Source of the DNA: Candidatus Nanosynbacter lyticus
GTDB lineage: Bacteria > Patescibacteriota > Saccharimonadia > Saccharimonadales > Saccharimonadaceae
Length of the DNA: 32,000 nt
NCBI RefSeq assembly: GCF_030253515.1
Contig: NZ_CP124549.1
Span: forward strand, 540,001 to 572,000
Direction: 5' to 3'
Shown here: positions 23,359 through 32,000 of the stretch, piece after piece
Layout: every line of letters starts with the position of its first letter
Numbering within the stretch: the first letter of the stretch is position 1
The notes under the pieces: generated by a model
What the model was told of the DNA's origin: nothing
The model's input: the letters and a program-made list of their open reading frames with translations, nothing else
Databases searched by the model: none
Program-made: the position numbers and the translations under genes

Positions 23359-24777
23359 GTGAAAACAGCTGTGAAAAGAAAAGTACCTGAATTTATCAAG
23401 CGATCACTGGGACGAATTCCACGATTACCAACGCCAGAACCCATTTGGCAATTAGATAAAATCGACGAGAGCCTGACGCCAAATATGCGAGCGCTGCGGA
23501 TGACGATGACAATCGCCGAGGAACTACTGGCGATGGGGGTGGCTGCTCGGGACGTCGTGCATATGGCGTTGGGGATCACCGGCACGTACTGCAGACGACG
23601 GGTCCACATTGATATCAGCTCAACGCTCATTACCATATCTCAAGATCGCGGCACCGAACGTGAACCGCTCACCTTAGTGCGGACGATTACCTTAAAATAC
23701 GTTAATTACCAGACAATTCAAGCATTGCAAAACCTCGCCCTCACAATCCGTGACCATCATCTACCACTGGCCGAAGCTGAAAAACGCACTGAGGAATTAT
23801 TAGCAGGCCCACGAGAGCACTCGCGCTGGATCGTCTGCCTAGCAGGCGGTAGCGTGTCAATGGGCGTGGTGATTTTATTTAACGGCTCGATCCTGATGAG
23901 CGGACTGGCGTTTGTGATGGGCTTTGTGGCGACGGCGACGATGAGGATTCTGGACAAATGGGGCCTCGCGACATTTTATCTCCAAATCATTACCGCGCTC
24001 CTAATCACCCTGGCGGCGGGCGCTGCCCAGTGGCTGAATGGCTGGCTGGGCTGGCAGGTTGATACGACAATGCTGGTGATCAGCGGTATCGTGCTATTGG
24101 TGGCGGGGTTGATGATCGTTGGCGCCTTTCAGGATGCGATTGACGAATATTACGTGACAGCAAATGCCCGACTGCTGCGGGTAACTATGGCGACGATGGG
24201 TATTGTTGTCGGTGTAATGACCGGGCTATATATTATTCAGCGATTTGGGATTAGCTTTCCAACGACGCCGGATCGGCTGGGGCTAGCGGCAGACATACGG
24301 GCGCAATACTTGGGAGCGCTGATTATTGCTGCTGGTTTCGCGGCCGGCAATCACGCGCGTTTGTTCGGAATGCTGATTGCCGGCGGTGTTGGCGTGTTGG
24401 GATGGTGGGTGTCAAGTACGCTAATTGGGTCACTCGGAGTTGTCATCGCCAGCGGCGCCGCAGCAACAGTAGTCGGATTGACAGCGGTGCTGGCATCCCG
24501 GCTGTGGCGCTTTCCTTCAGTGGCCATTATCGCTGCTGGTATCGTACCGCTGGTGCCGGGTTTGTCGCTCTATAACGGCTTGATGGGTGTGATAGAGAAT
24601 CCACCGACCGACCCTGAATTTTTACTGTCACTGGCCGTCCTCGCACGAGCTATCATGATCGGCGTGGCCATCGCCATCGGTGCATCGCTTGGTAATATGA
24701 TCGGCCGACCAGTACGACGCGGTATGATTCGCTGGTATAATAAGCTCCTGCGACGACGAGAGCTTAACATTCAATAA
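23359..24777 (+). CDS. Threonine/serine exporter (ThrE) family membrane protein
   Basis: 472-aa ORF. The N-terminal DUF1212-like region (LRMTMTIAEELLAMGVAARDVV) is followed by about 10 TM helices. The start is uncertain: GTG 23359 or the internal ATG giving MRALRMTM. Confidence 0.8.
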   Translation: MKTAVKRKVPEFIKRSLGRIPRLPTPEPIWQLDKIDESLTPNMRALRMTMTIAEELLAMGVAARDVVHMALGITGTYCRRRVHIDISSTLITISQDRGTEREPLTLVRTITLKYVNYQTIQALQNLALTIRDHHLPLAEAEKRTEELLAGPREHSRWIVCLAGGSVSMGVVILFNGSILMSGLAFVMGFVATATMRILDKWGLATFYLQIITALLITLAAGAAQWLNGWLGWQVDTTMLVISGIVLLVAGLMIVGAFQDAIDEYYVTANARLLRVTMATMGIVVGVMTGLYIIQRFGISFPTTPDRLGLAADIRAQYLGALIIAAGFAAGNHARLFGMLIAGGVGVLGWWVSSTLIGSLGVVIASGAAATVVGLTAVLASRLWRFPSVAIIAAGIVPLVPGLSLYNGLMGVIENPPTDPEFLLSLAVLARAIMIGVAIAIGASLGNMIGRPVRRGMIRWYNKLLRRRELNIQ

Positions 24778-24792
24778 GCCCGGGGAATACTC

Positions 24793-27700
24793 TTATTTCA
24801 AGACTACGCACTCGTCGCCCAGTGTCTGACGCAGCTGACTCATGAGCTGATCGCCAGCCTCAACACGAAACGGCATGCGCATGGCGGATTTATTAGCCTC
24901 ACCCAGCACTAGCACTACATCAGTCACGCCAGCGTATGCGGAGCAGAGCGACTTGAGTGCTACTAGTTTATCATGGTCGCTCGGGTTTTTGATATGAAGA
25001 AATAGCTTTTCTGTCTCGGGCACGGCGTGCGTGACTGCTGGACGCGGTGGCGTGTTTGTCGTGTCGGCCGGTGTTGACTTCATGTTCGTCCCTTTCGCTG
25101 TCGATACTCGGGCTGCGCCTGCTCGCTGAGTCGTTTGAGTTCGAAATGCCGTACGCCGCTCTTGCTTGACCTTGCTACTCATCTTTGGCGCTTCCATTTT
25201 ACGGCCAGTCGACTGATACTGCCGGAGGTCATCGTCAGAAATCAGTTCAATTTCATCAGCAATCATCTTGCTCTCTGAGCCCAAATTACCGTCCCGATCA
25301 CGGGCTGAGTTTTTGCCGGTCACCCGAATGACGGCGTCCTGGACGAGCTTGGCACCGACTTGCTCATACAAATTTGGGAAAACGATAACTTCGCCCTCGC
25401 CAAATTTATCTTCGATCCCAACGAATGCCATCTTGCTGCCTGACTTGGTAACGATGGTGCGCACGGTCGTGATAATACCGCCGATCGTCATCAGGCGACC
25501 GTCGTATTCTGGCACTAACTGCGTTAATGGCTGCGCCTGCTCGCTGAGATATGTTTCATACGCATCGAGCGGGTGCGCCGAAATATACAGCCCCATCAGC
25601 TCGCGCTCCCACATCAGCCGCTCTTTGTTGGTGTGTTTGGCCGGCGCCGGCTGTAGCTGCATCGTTGGCTGAACATCAGCCGACTCATCACCCAGCATAC
25701 CAAACAGGTCAGTCTGCCCCGACGCGGCCTCTTTCTGAGTTTTTTGAGCAAAGGCGACAATGGTATCAAGATTAAATAATAAATCAGACCGATCACCAAA
25801 GCTATCAAAGGCACCAGTTTTGATCAGCGACTCCCAGGCCTTGCGGTTAAACTTGCTGGTCGACACTCGCTTGGCAAAATCTTCGACCGACTTGAACGGG
25901 CCATCAGCCTCGCGAGCACGAATAATTTCTTCCACCGCGCCAACACCGACGCCCTTGACCGCCGCCATGCCGAAACGAATCTTCTTTTCACTAGGCACCA
26001 CCGCGAACTCGACGAATGACTCATTAACATCCGGGTTGAGCACTTCAATGCCCATGTGCTTACACTCGGTCATCTCGATGGCCAGGCGCTCAGTATCATC
26101 CTGGTCACTGGTCATCAGCGCCGCCATGAAGGCGTCAGGATAATGCGCCTTGAGATACGCCGTCCAGTAGGCGATCAGGCCATAACACGCCGCGTGCGAC
26201 TTATTGAAACAGTAGTTAGCAAATTCTTCCAGTGCGTCCCAGAATTGCTCAGCGATTTCCTTGGTCGCGCCACCAACCTTGACCGCGCCTTCGACAAACT
26301 CTGGCTTGACCTTTTTCATTAAGTCGATTTTCTTTTTACCCACCGCCTTGCGCAGGGTATCCGCCTGTCCACCGGTAAAGCCGCACCACTCTTTGGAAAT
26401 CTGCATAAATTGCTCCTGATAGACCAAAATGCCGTAGGTGTTTTTCAGCGAGTTTTCCATACCGGGGTGCAAGTAGGTGATTTCTTCTTCGCCGTGTTTA
26501 CGCTTGATGAATGAGTCGATAAACTGCATCGGCCCCGGGCGGTACAAGGCCACCATGGCGATGATGTCTTCAAAGACACTTGGTTTGAGCTCGCGCAGGT
26601 ACCGCTTCATGCCAGCCGATTCCAACTGGAACACGCCAGTGGTGTCGCCGCGCTGGAATAATTTGTAGGTTTCTTCATCATCCAGCGGCAGCGTTGATAA
26701 ATCAATATCCGTTTTGTAGACTTTACGAATAATACGCAGGGCGTTGTTAATGATGGACAGGTTAGACAAGCCCAAAAAGTCCATCTTCAATAGCCCCAGC
26801 TCTTCGACCGGGCCCATCGGATACTGCGTTGCCACCACACCCTTTTGCGCCATCTCCAGCGGTACGTATTTCACCAAATCATCCGGCGCAATCACCACGC
26901 CGGCGGCATGCACGCCGTGCGAACGAATCGTTCCTTCCAGCCGCGAGGCAAAGTCATAGACGGTTTTGGCGGTCGGGTTACTTTCATATTCTTTCTTGAG
27001 GTCAGGGTCTTCCTCGAGCGACTTTTTGATGGGTACATGACGACCCTGGACGGGTGGCGGAATGAGCTTGGCCAGCCGGTCAGACTCGCCGTATGGAACT
27101 TGCAATACCCGCGCCACGTCACGCACCGAAGCGCGCGCTGCCATGGTACCAAAGGTACAGATGTTAGCCACTCGTTCTGAGCCATATTTCTTGGCACAAT
27201 ATTCGATAACTTCGCCGCGGCGCGTATCTTGAATATCGATATCGATGTCGGGCATGGAAATACGGTCGGGGTTGAGAAATCGCTCAAACAGCAGGTCGTA
27301 GTGTAGTGGGTCAAGGTCGGTGATGTTTAGAGCATAGGCGATGATGGAGCCAGCCGCTGAACCACGCCCTGGCCCAAAAATAATTCCTTGAGATTTTCCC
27401 CAGTTGATAAAATCCTGGACGATCAAAAAATAGCCGTTATAGCCCATCTTGTCGAGCACACCAAACTCCATATCTAGTCGCTCTAGCTGCGCCTCTGATA
27501 ACTTGGCTCGCAGCTGATCATTTGGCAGCTTCTTTGCATCCTCCAACTTCATACCAGCATACCGTGCTGCCATGCCGCTATACACCAGATGATCCAGATA
27601 TTCTTTTTCGGATTCACCGTTTGGCGTTGGAAATTTCGGGATGAGAATATCACCCAGTTTGATTTCTACGTCGCACCGATCGGCGATGGCTTTGGTATTG

Positions 27701-28560
27701 GCAATTGCCTGCGGGTTAGTTGTTTGCCACCGCGAGATGATGTCTTCTGGCGTCGTCAAGTGCAGCTCAAAATCTTTCAAGCTCATCCGCTTTTCATCAC
27801 TCAAATACGCACCGGTACCGACGCACAACAAAATCTCATGTGCCTCTTGGTCTTCGTGATTGAGATAATGGCCGTCGCTGGTCACCACACAGGGAATGTC
27901 CAATTCCTCGCTGATGCGCTCAATATAATCATTGACCTTTTTCTGCTCCGGCCAGTGACTGCGCGCTTCCGGGTGACCATGGTCTTGGAGCTCCATGTAG
28001 TACCGGTCGCCAAACACTGACTTGTACCAGCCAGCGATTTCCTTGGCCTTTTCATAATCATCATTACGCAAATTCTCGCCCAGCTCACCACCGATACAGC
28101 CAGACATACAGATGATACCTTCGTTGTATTGTTCCAATAGTTCGTGGTCAATGCGCGGCTTGTAATAGACACCTTCGAGGTTGGCGACAGTGCTGAGCTG
28201 CATCAGGTTTTGATAGCCCTTGTGGTTCATGGCCAGCAGCGTCAGGTGATAACGCGCCTTGTCCTTAGCGGGGTCGCGGTCATGACGAGTGCGGGCTGCT
28301 ACGTAGGTTTCGATGCCGATGATTGGCTTGATGCCAACATTCTTGGCCGCTTTATAAAACTCAATCGCGCCCGACATCGTGCCGTGGTCAGTAATAGCAC
28401 AAGCCTCCATACCCAGCTCCTTCACCCGCGCCACCATGTCAGGAATTTTAGTCAGCCCATCCAGAAGCGAATGGTGGGTGTGATTGTGTAGGTGTACGTA
28501 ATCAGACGGCTGCAACGCGGCCGCGGCTTGAGCTGAAGCTGTCGTATGTTTGGTAGCCAT
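24793..28560 (-). CDS. dnaE: DNA polymerase III alpha subunit
   Basis: PHP N-terminus (HLHNHTHHSLLDG), polymerase core (PDIDIDI, GLLKMDFLGL) and OB-fold region. 1255 aa with a low-complexity linker before the last roughly 90 aa. Confidence 0.95.
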   Translation of the reverse strand: MATKHTTASAQAAAALQPSDYVHLHNHTHHSLLDGLTKIPDMVARVKELGMEACAITDHGTMSGAIEFYKAAKNVGIKPIIGIETYVAARTRHDRDPAKDKARYHLTLLAMNHKGYQNLMQLSTVANLEGVYYKPRIDHELLEQYNEGIICMSGCIGGELGENLRNDDYEKAKEIAGWYKSVFGDRYYMELQDHGHPEARSHWPEQKKVNDYIERISEELDIPCVVTSDGHYLNHEDQEAHEILLCVGTGAYLSDEKRMSLKDFELHLTTPEDIISRWQTTNPQAIANTKAIADRCDVEIKLGDILIPKFPTPNGESEKEYLDHLVYSGMAARYAGMKLEDAKKLPNDQLRAKLSEAQLERLDMEFGVLDKMGYNGYFLIVQDFINWGKSQGIIFGPGRGSAAGSIIAYALNITDLDPLHYDLLFERFLNPDRISMPDIDIDIQDTRRGEVIEYCAKKYGSERVANICTFGTMAARASVRDVARVLQVPYGESDRLAKLIPPPVQGRHVPIKKSLEEDPDLKKEYESNPTAKTVYDFASRLEGTIRSHGVHAAGVVIAPDDLVKYVPLEMAQKGVVATQYPMGPVEELGLLKMDFLGLSNLSIINNALRIIRKVYKTDIDLSTLPLDDEETYKLFQRGDTTGVFQLESAGMKRYLRELKPSVFEDIIAMVALYRPGPMQFIDSFIKRKHGEEEITYLHPGMENSLKNTYGILVYQEQFMQISKEWCGFTGGQADTLRKAVGKKKIDLMKKVKPEFVEGAVKVGGATKEIAEQFWDALEEFANYCFNKSHAACYGLIAYWTAYLKAHYPDAFMAALMTSDQDDTERLAIEMTECKHMGIEVLNPDVNESFVEFAVVPSEKKIRFGMAAVKGVGVGAVEEIIRAREADGPFKSVEDFAKRVSTSKFNRKAWESLIKTGAFDSFGDRSDLLFNLDTIVAFAQKTQKEAASGQTDLFGMLGDESADVQPTMQLQPAPAKHTNKERLMWERELMGLYISAHPLDAYETYLSEQAQPLTQLVPEYDGRLMTIGGIITTVRTIVTKSGSKMAFVGIEDKFGEGEVIVFPNLYEQVGAKLVQDAVIRVTGKNSARDRDGNLGSESKMIADEIELISDDDLRQYQSTGRKMEAPKMSSKVKQERRTAFRTQTTQRAGAARVSTAKGTNMKSTPADTTNTPPRPAVTHAVPETEKLFLHIKNPSDHDKLVALKSLCSAYAGVTDVVLVLGEANKSAMRMPFRVEAGDQLMSQLRQTLGDECVVLK

Positions 28561-28607
28561 TATTCATTGCGCCTCCCTTGTGGGCGCCACCTCCTCTTTC
28601 TCCACCC

Positions 28608-28616
28608 AGTATAACA
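28608..28616 (-). promoter_or_regulatory. Extended -10 box (TGtTATACT) upstream of dnaE, leadered
   Basis: Hexamer at 28608-28613 with TG at 28615-28616. The leader of about 45 nt contains GGGAGG. Confidence 0.4.
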
Positions 28617-28618
28617 TG

Positions 28619-28972
28619 CTAGCGCCGCCGCTGCATGGTATCAATCAGCTGGTTGAGAAAATCCGCCAGCGCTGGAAAGACGTCGGCAAACCGCCCCAGC
28701 AGCCAAGCCGACACCATGATCAACACCGTCACACCCACCAGGCTACCCATACCAAAGAAAAAGCCGCGCCAAAAGTTCATCCAATAAACCTGCCGGCGCG
28801 ATCGATGAAAATCAAAAAACAGATCTTCGATCATTGCCTGCCGGGCGCCGTTTTCATTGTCACGCTTGATGCGATCAATGGCGCGGCGAGCTACCGATGG
28901 GCGTGGGTCGGCGGCCTTAGCATCCTTATGGCCACGTTCTTTTGACGATTTAGCTGGCACTATTTTCCTCAA
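28619..28972 (-). CDS. Hypothetical small membrane protein (DUF5665-like)
   Basis: 117 aa with a basic N-terminus followed by NFWRGFFFGMGSLVGVTVLIMV. It overlaps the galU 3' end by 23 nt. The family call is from memory only. Confidence 0.6.
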   Translation of the reverse strand: MRKIVPAKSSKERGHKDAKAADPRPSVARRAIDRIKRDNENGARQAMIEDLFFDFHRSRRQVYWMNFWRGFFFGMGSLVGVTVLIMVSAWLLGRFADVFPALADFLNQLIDTMQRRR

Positions 28973-29858
28973 GCCGCTTGACTAGGTATTCACGAAGGCT
29001 CGCACCAAGCTTCGGATCACGCATGCCAAAATCAATCACTGTCTTGAGATACTCTAGCTTGTCGCCAGTGTCATAGTACCTGCCATTGGTAATTTCCACG
29101 CCATAAAAACTATGGCCGTCATCAATCATGCTCTGCATAATCGGCTGCACCGTAAATTCGCCGTGACCATCAAACGCATGTTTGGCTTTCTCGAGATAAG
29201 TAAAGAACTCGCCCGGCAGCAAATAGCTACTGACACTCGCGAGATCGGACGGGGCATTGGCTTTGCCCGGCTTTTCAACGATATTCGTCATCTTAATTAC
29301 ACCGTCGGCAACCTGCTCGCCGTTAACCACACCGTAGCGATCAAATTCAGCGTCATCAACAATCTTCTTGCACGATAGCACCGCGCCGTCTAATTTTTGC
29401 GCCGCCGCGATCATTTGGCGAAACCGGCTGGGACTAGCAGCGATAAAGTCATCCGCAAACGTATAGATAACCGGCTCATCACCATTGATCAAATGTGCGG
29501 CGCAAGTCAATGGCGTGGCGTTACCGTACGGGCCTTTCTGGCGAATGTAAACAAAGTTTGCCATTTCCGACAAATTATTCACGATGTCAATCAGCGGCTG
29601 TTTCTTGGCGCCGCCCGCCCGCAAATTAATCAGCAGTTCCTCGTTCGGCCTGTCGAAATGATCCTCAATTGCTCGTTTGTTAGCACTGCCGATGATAATG
29701 ATATCTTTGATACCGGCCTCGACCAATTCCTCGACGACGTATTGGATAATCGGCTTGTCGATCAGCGGCATCATTTCTTTTGGCATAGCCTTGGTTTGCG
29801 GCAAGAACCGCGTACCGAAGCCGGCGGCAGCGATGATAGCCTTGGTTGGTTTTTTCAT
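28950..29858 (-). CDS. galU: UTP--glucose-1-phosphate uridylyltransferase
   Basis: N-terminal AAGFGTRFLPQTKAMPKEMMPLIDKPIIQYVVEE. AGGAGG lies 6 nt upstream. Confidence 0.9.
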   Translation of the reverse strand: MKKPTKAIIAAAGFGTRFLPQTKAMPKEMMPLIDKPIIQYVVEELVEAGIKDIIIIGSANKRAIEDHFDRPNEELLINLRAGGAKKQPLIDIVNNLSEMANFVYIRQKGPYGNATPLTCAAHLINGDEPVIYTFADDFIAASPSRFRQMIAAAQKLDGAVLSCKKIVDDAEFDRYGVVNGEQVADGVIKMTNIVEKPGKANAPSDLASVSSYLLPGEFFTYLEKAKHAFDGHGEFTVQPIMQSMIDDGHSFYGVEITNGRYYDTGDKLEYLKTVIDFGMRDPKLGASLREYLVKRLEENSAS

Positions 29859-30427
29859 GATAGTTCCTCCTGTCGTAGGTTATCTAAATAATCAAACAAA
29901 AGCGCGAATGGCCCTGTTACACATAAATCACCCGCCCGAGCGATGGCAAACAACTCTGTCGCTGAAACAAACCGTAGTTCAGCGCCCTGGCTACTTTCAG
30001 CTTCATCAAGATGGATTGCATCCCCATTGTACACGCAGTCAGTCGCCAAGTACACTGCGATCTTGATATTAATGTACGGGCCCTCATAGCATTCACCAAC
30101 ATATTCAAAGCGCCCTGGCGTGCAGCCCGTCTCCTCCATTAATTCACGCCGCGCGACTGCCTCTACCTCCTCGCCCGGCTCGCCTTCGCCACCGGGGAAA
30201 TCATAGAGCCATTTTTCCGGGCCAGCGCGAAACTGATAGGTCATAGCGATCTTGTTATCCGTCGTCACTGCCACCACTAATACTGACACTAACTCCTCAG
30301 AAAAGAAGGTCGTAAACTCATGCTGTTCACCATCCTCTGTTTGATATCGCTTGATGACGGCCGAGCGCTTGAACGCCTCGCCGACTGTTTGCGTGGTGGT
30401 TGGTTGAATACGCGTGAATGTTTTCAT
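29855..30427 (-). CDS. Nudix hydrolase
   Basis: Nudix box GGEGEPGEEVEAVARRELMEETG. There are ATGA overlaps at both ends, with gatB upstream and galU downstream. Confidence 0.85.
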   Translation of the reverse strand: MKTFTRIQPTTTQTVGEAFKRSAVIKRYQTEDGEQHEFTTFFSEELVSVLVVAVTTDNKIAMTYQFRAGPEKWLYDFPGGEGEPGEEVEAVARRELMEETGCTPGRFEYVGECYEGPYINIKIAVYLATDCVYNGDAIHLDEAESSQGAELRFVSATELFAIARAGDLCVTGPFALLFDYLDNLRQEELS

Positions 30428-31929
30428 TGCAGTCGCTCTCGGATTAGCTTCTGGGCGAGGCTTGGGTTGGCCTGGCCCTTAGAGCGCTTCATGACTTGAC
30501 CAACGAGGTAGCCGATAGCTTTGTCTTTGCCCGAGCGAATGTCAGCGATGGATGCCGCCGAGGCTGGGTCATGTAATACTTCGTCAACGATGACTGTGAT
30601 GACCCTCTCGTCAGACACCTGCAGTAAATTCTTACTCTCGGCAATCTCGCGCGGCCCCTGTTTGAGATATTGTCGATCAAACAAACTAAGGAAAATCTCT
30701 TTGCCGCCAGTTGAACTCACCTCGTTATCCTCGACGAGTAGTGACAACTCTGTCAACCGACGCGGCCCAACATAACCCTCCCCGATGAGATCCATATCAA
30801 TCAACCCCTCCGGCGTCGAAGCAAACCAGTTAAAGATCCGCTTGACCAGCCGCTGATATTTTATCTTGTCAACTCCCAACTCATCGAGAACAGCTTGCTC
30901 ATTATGCACCGTCAGCGTCTTGATAGCATCAAGCAATATCGCGAGCGGCTGATGGCCGAGGATCGTCGTAATCACCGAATGATCCAGCCCCAGATCAGCC
31001 CACCGCTCTCGGCACTCGCCCGGCATCAGCGGCATATGTTCCTGCATGCCGGTGATTTCCTCGTCAGTCAAAACAATCGGCGGAATGTCCGGATCGGGCA
31101 TGTAGCGATAATCCTGCGCGTCTTCTTTCGAGCGCTGTGAGGTAGTGATTTGCTGGTCGTCACTCCAACCGCGGGTTTCCTGTACTACTGGTTCACCACG
31201 CTCCAGTAGGTCAGCTTGACGTTTGAATTCGTATTCAGCGGCACGCTCGACGCTGCGGAACGAGTTGAGGTTTTTAACTTCCGCGCGCTTGCCGAGCTCA
31301 GTCGCGCCCCTTTTAGCCACCGAGATGTTGACATCAAAGCGCATATTGCCGTGATACAAATCACCGTGCGTCACACCTGCATAGACCATCAATTTGTGCA
31401 GCTCCGAAGCGTATGCCTTAGCCTCCTCAGCAGAATGCATATCCGGCTCAGAAACGATTTCAATCAGCGGTGTACCAGCGCGGTTGAGGTCGACCAATGA
31501 ATAGCCGTCGTGGTGCGTCAACTTGCCAGCATCTTCTTCCATGTGCGCATGATGAATCCGCACTCGTTTGAGCGAACCGTCTTCTAGCGGCGCATCGACA
31601 TAGCCAGCCAAGATGATTGGCTGGTACATCTGCGAGGTCTGATAGCCCTTTGGCAGGTCAGGGTAAAAATAATGTTTGCGATCAAACCGACTGACGCGAG
31701 CAATCGGCGCGTTTAGGGCTTTACCAGCACGCACCGCCAACTCGACGGCGTGCTTATTCAGCACTGGCAGCATGCCAGGCAAGCCAAAATCAATCTCGTG
31801 CGTTTTTTCGTTTGGCTCAGCGTCGCGAGCGTCGTTATCAGCCGGACTAAACAGCTTGGTTTTGGTCGCCAGCTGGACGTGGCACTCAATGCCAATGGTC
31901 ATTTCGTACTCATCATATACACTCATCAT
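30424..31929 (-). CDS. gatB: Asp-tRNA(Asn)/Glu-tRNA(Gln) amidotransferase subunit B
   Basis: N-terminal IGIECHVQL..KTKLFS, plus the central and C-terminal YqeY-like region. Confidence 0.95.
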   Translation of the reverse strand: MMSVYDEYEMTIGIECHVQLATKTKLFSPADNDARDAEPNEKTHEIDFGLPGMLPVLNKHAVELAVRAGKALNAPIARVSRFDRKHYFYPDLPKGYQTSQMYQPIILAGYVDAPLEDGSLKRVRIHHAHMEEDAGKLTHHDGYSLVDLNRAGTPLIEIVSEPDMHSAEEAKAYASELHKLMVYAGVTHGDLYHGNMRFDVNISVAKRGATELGKRAEVKNLNSFRSVERAAEYEFKRQADLLERGEPVVQETRGWSDDQQITTSQRSKEDAQDYRYMPDPDIPPIVLTDEEITGMQEHMPLMPGECRERWADLGLDHSVITTILGHQPLAILLDAIKTLTVHNEQAVLDELGVDKIKYQRLVKRIFNWFASTPEGLIDMDLIGEGYVGPRRLTELSLLVEDNEVSSTGGKEIFLSLFDRQYLKQGPREIAESKNLLQVSDERVITVIVDEVLHDPASAASIADIRSGKDKAIGYLVGQVMKRSKGQANPSLAQKLIRERLQ

Positions 31930-32000
31930 AACGCTCCCAAATCTTTTAATGCTTGTTCAAAGGCGGCCATTGCCCGCTTGAATGTCTGGGTGGTGATGGT
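31926..32000 (-). CDS. gatA: 3' end of the upstream gene, probably amidotransferase subunit A (partial)
   Basis: The open frame runs to the window edge and translates TITTQTFKRAMAAFEQALKDLGAL*. Its TGA overlaps the gatB ATG (ATGA). Identity is inferred from gatCAB synteny, since only 24 aa are visible. Confidence 0.5.
   Translation of the reverse strand, partial: TITTQTFKRAMAAFEQALKDLGAL

Noticed and set aside
24793-25200. The C-terminal extension of DnaE, after a low-complexity T/P/A-rich linker, might be a separate fused gene or an intein.
   Set aside because: The frame is continuous with no internal start or SD. No intein splice motifs are present. The terminal roughly 90 aa resemble the C-terminal domain seen in many DnaE proteins. 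It is treated as part of dnaE.
1-32000. Searched by eye for CRISPR-like spaced repeats, long tandem repeats, IS inverted repeats, integrase or transposase ORFs, toxin-antitoxin pairs and rRNA.
   Set aside because: None found. The AbrB/MazE-type gene has no adjacent toxin-sized ORF and is followed directly by ABC transporter genes.

Overview
Gene-dense bacterial chromosome segment. Hand counts of 100-nt samples give about 49% GC in core genes, and it reads cleanly with the standard genetic code. I call 33 protein genes (27 on the minus strand), 3 tRNAs (all minus strand) and one decayed pseudogene. Core content in window order: nusB, rpmF (a 49-aa gene missing from the ORF track), leuS, an N-terminally truncated Mur-ligase paralog, a divergent GNAT/pta pair, three consecutive NTP-pyrophosphatase genes lying just downstream of ligA, ligA itself, a polytopic membrane protein, htpX, lemA, tRNA-Leu(UAA), tRNA-Cys(GCA), tRNA-Leu(GAG), a family-5 solute-binding protein, secG, a DUF360-type membrane protein, a prepilin-type pilin, uvrC, an HD hydrolase, a ThrE-family exporter, dnaE, galU, a Nudix hydrolase, gatB and the 3' end of gatA. 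Compact proteins, tiny or overlapping gene junctions, an orphan pilin and SBP, and no biosynthetic operons suggest a reduced genome, possibly Patescibacteria/CPR (Saccharibacteria-like); this is inference only. I saw no rRNA, CRISPR array, transposase, integrase or recognisable defence system. Nothing here can honestly be called a proven new system. The best candidates are: (1) the ligA-linked string of three house-cleaning NTP pyrophosphatases, including a degenerate Ham1 paralog and a MazG-like/DUF1653 fusion; (2) nine start codons placed 6-7 nt after a TATAAT-like box, which predicts leaderless mRNAs, including two back-to-back promoters in a 20-bp spacer; (3) a lower-GC accessory patch around the tRNA genes, holding a plus-strand AbrB/ABC-2 operon with a perfect 11-3-11 palindromic operator, a roughly 30% GC islet with a 4-TM ORF, and a hydrolase pseudogene; (4) an HD hydrolase paired with an unassignable 267-aa protein carrying a weak nucleotidyltransferase-like motif. 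All family assignments come from motif recognition by eye. No database search was run.
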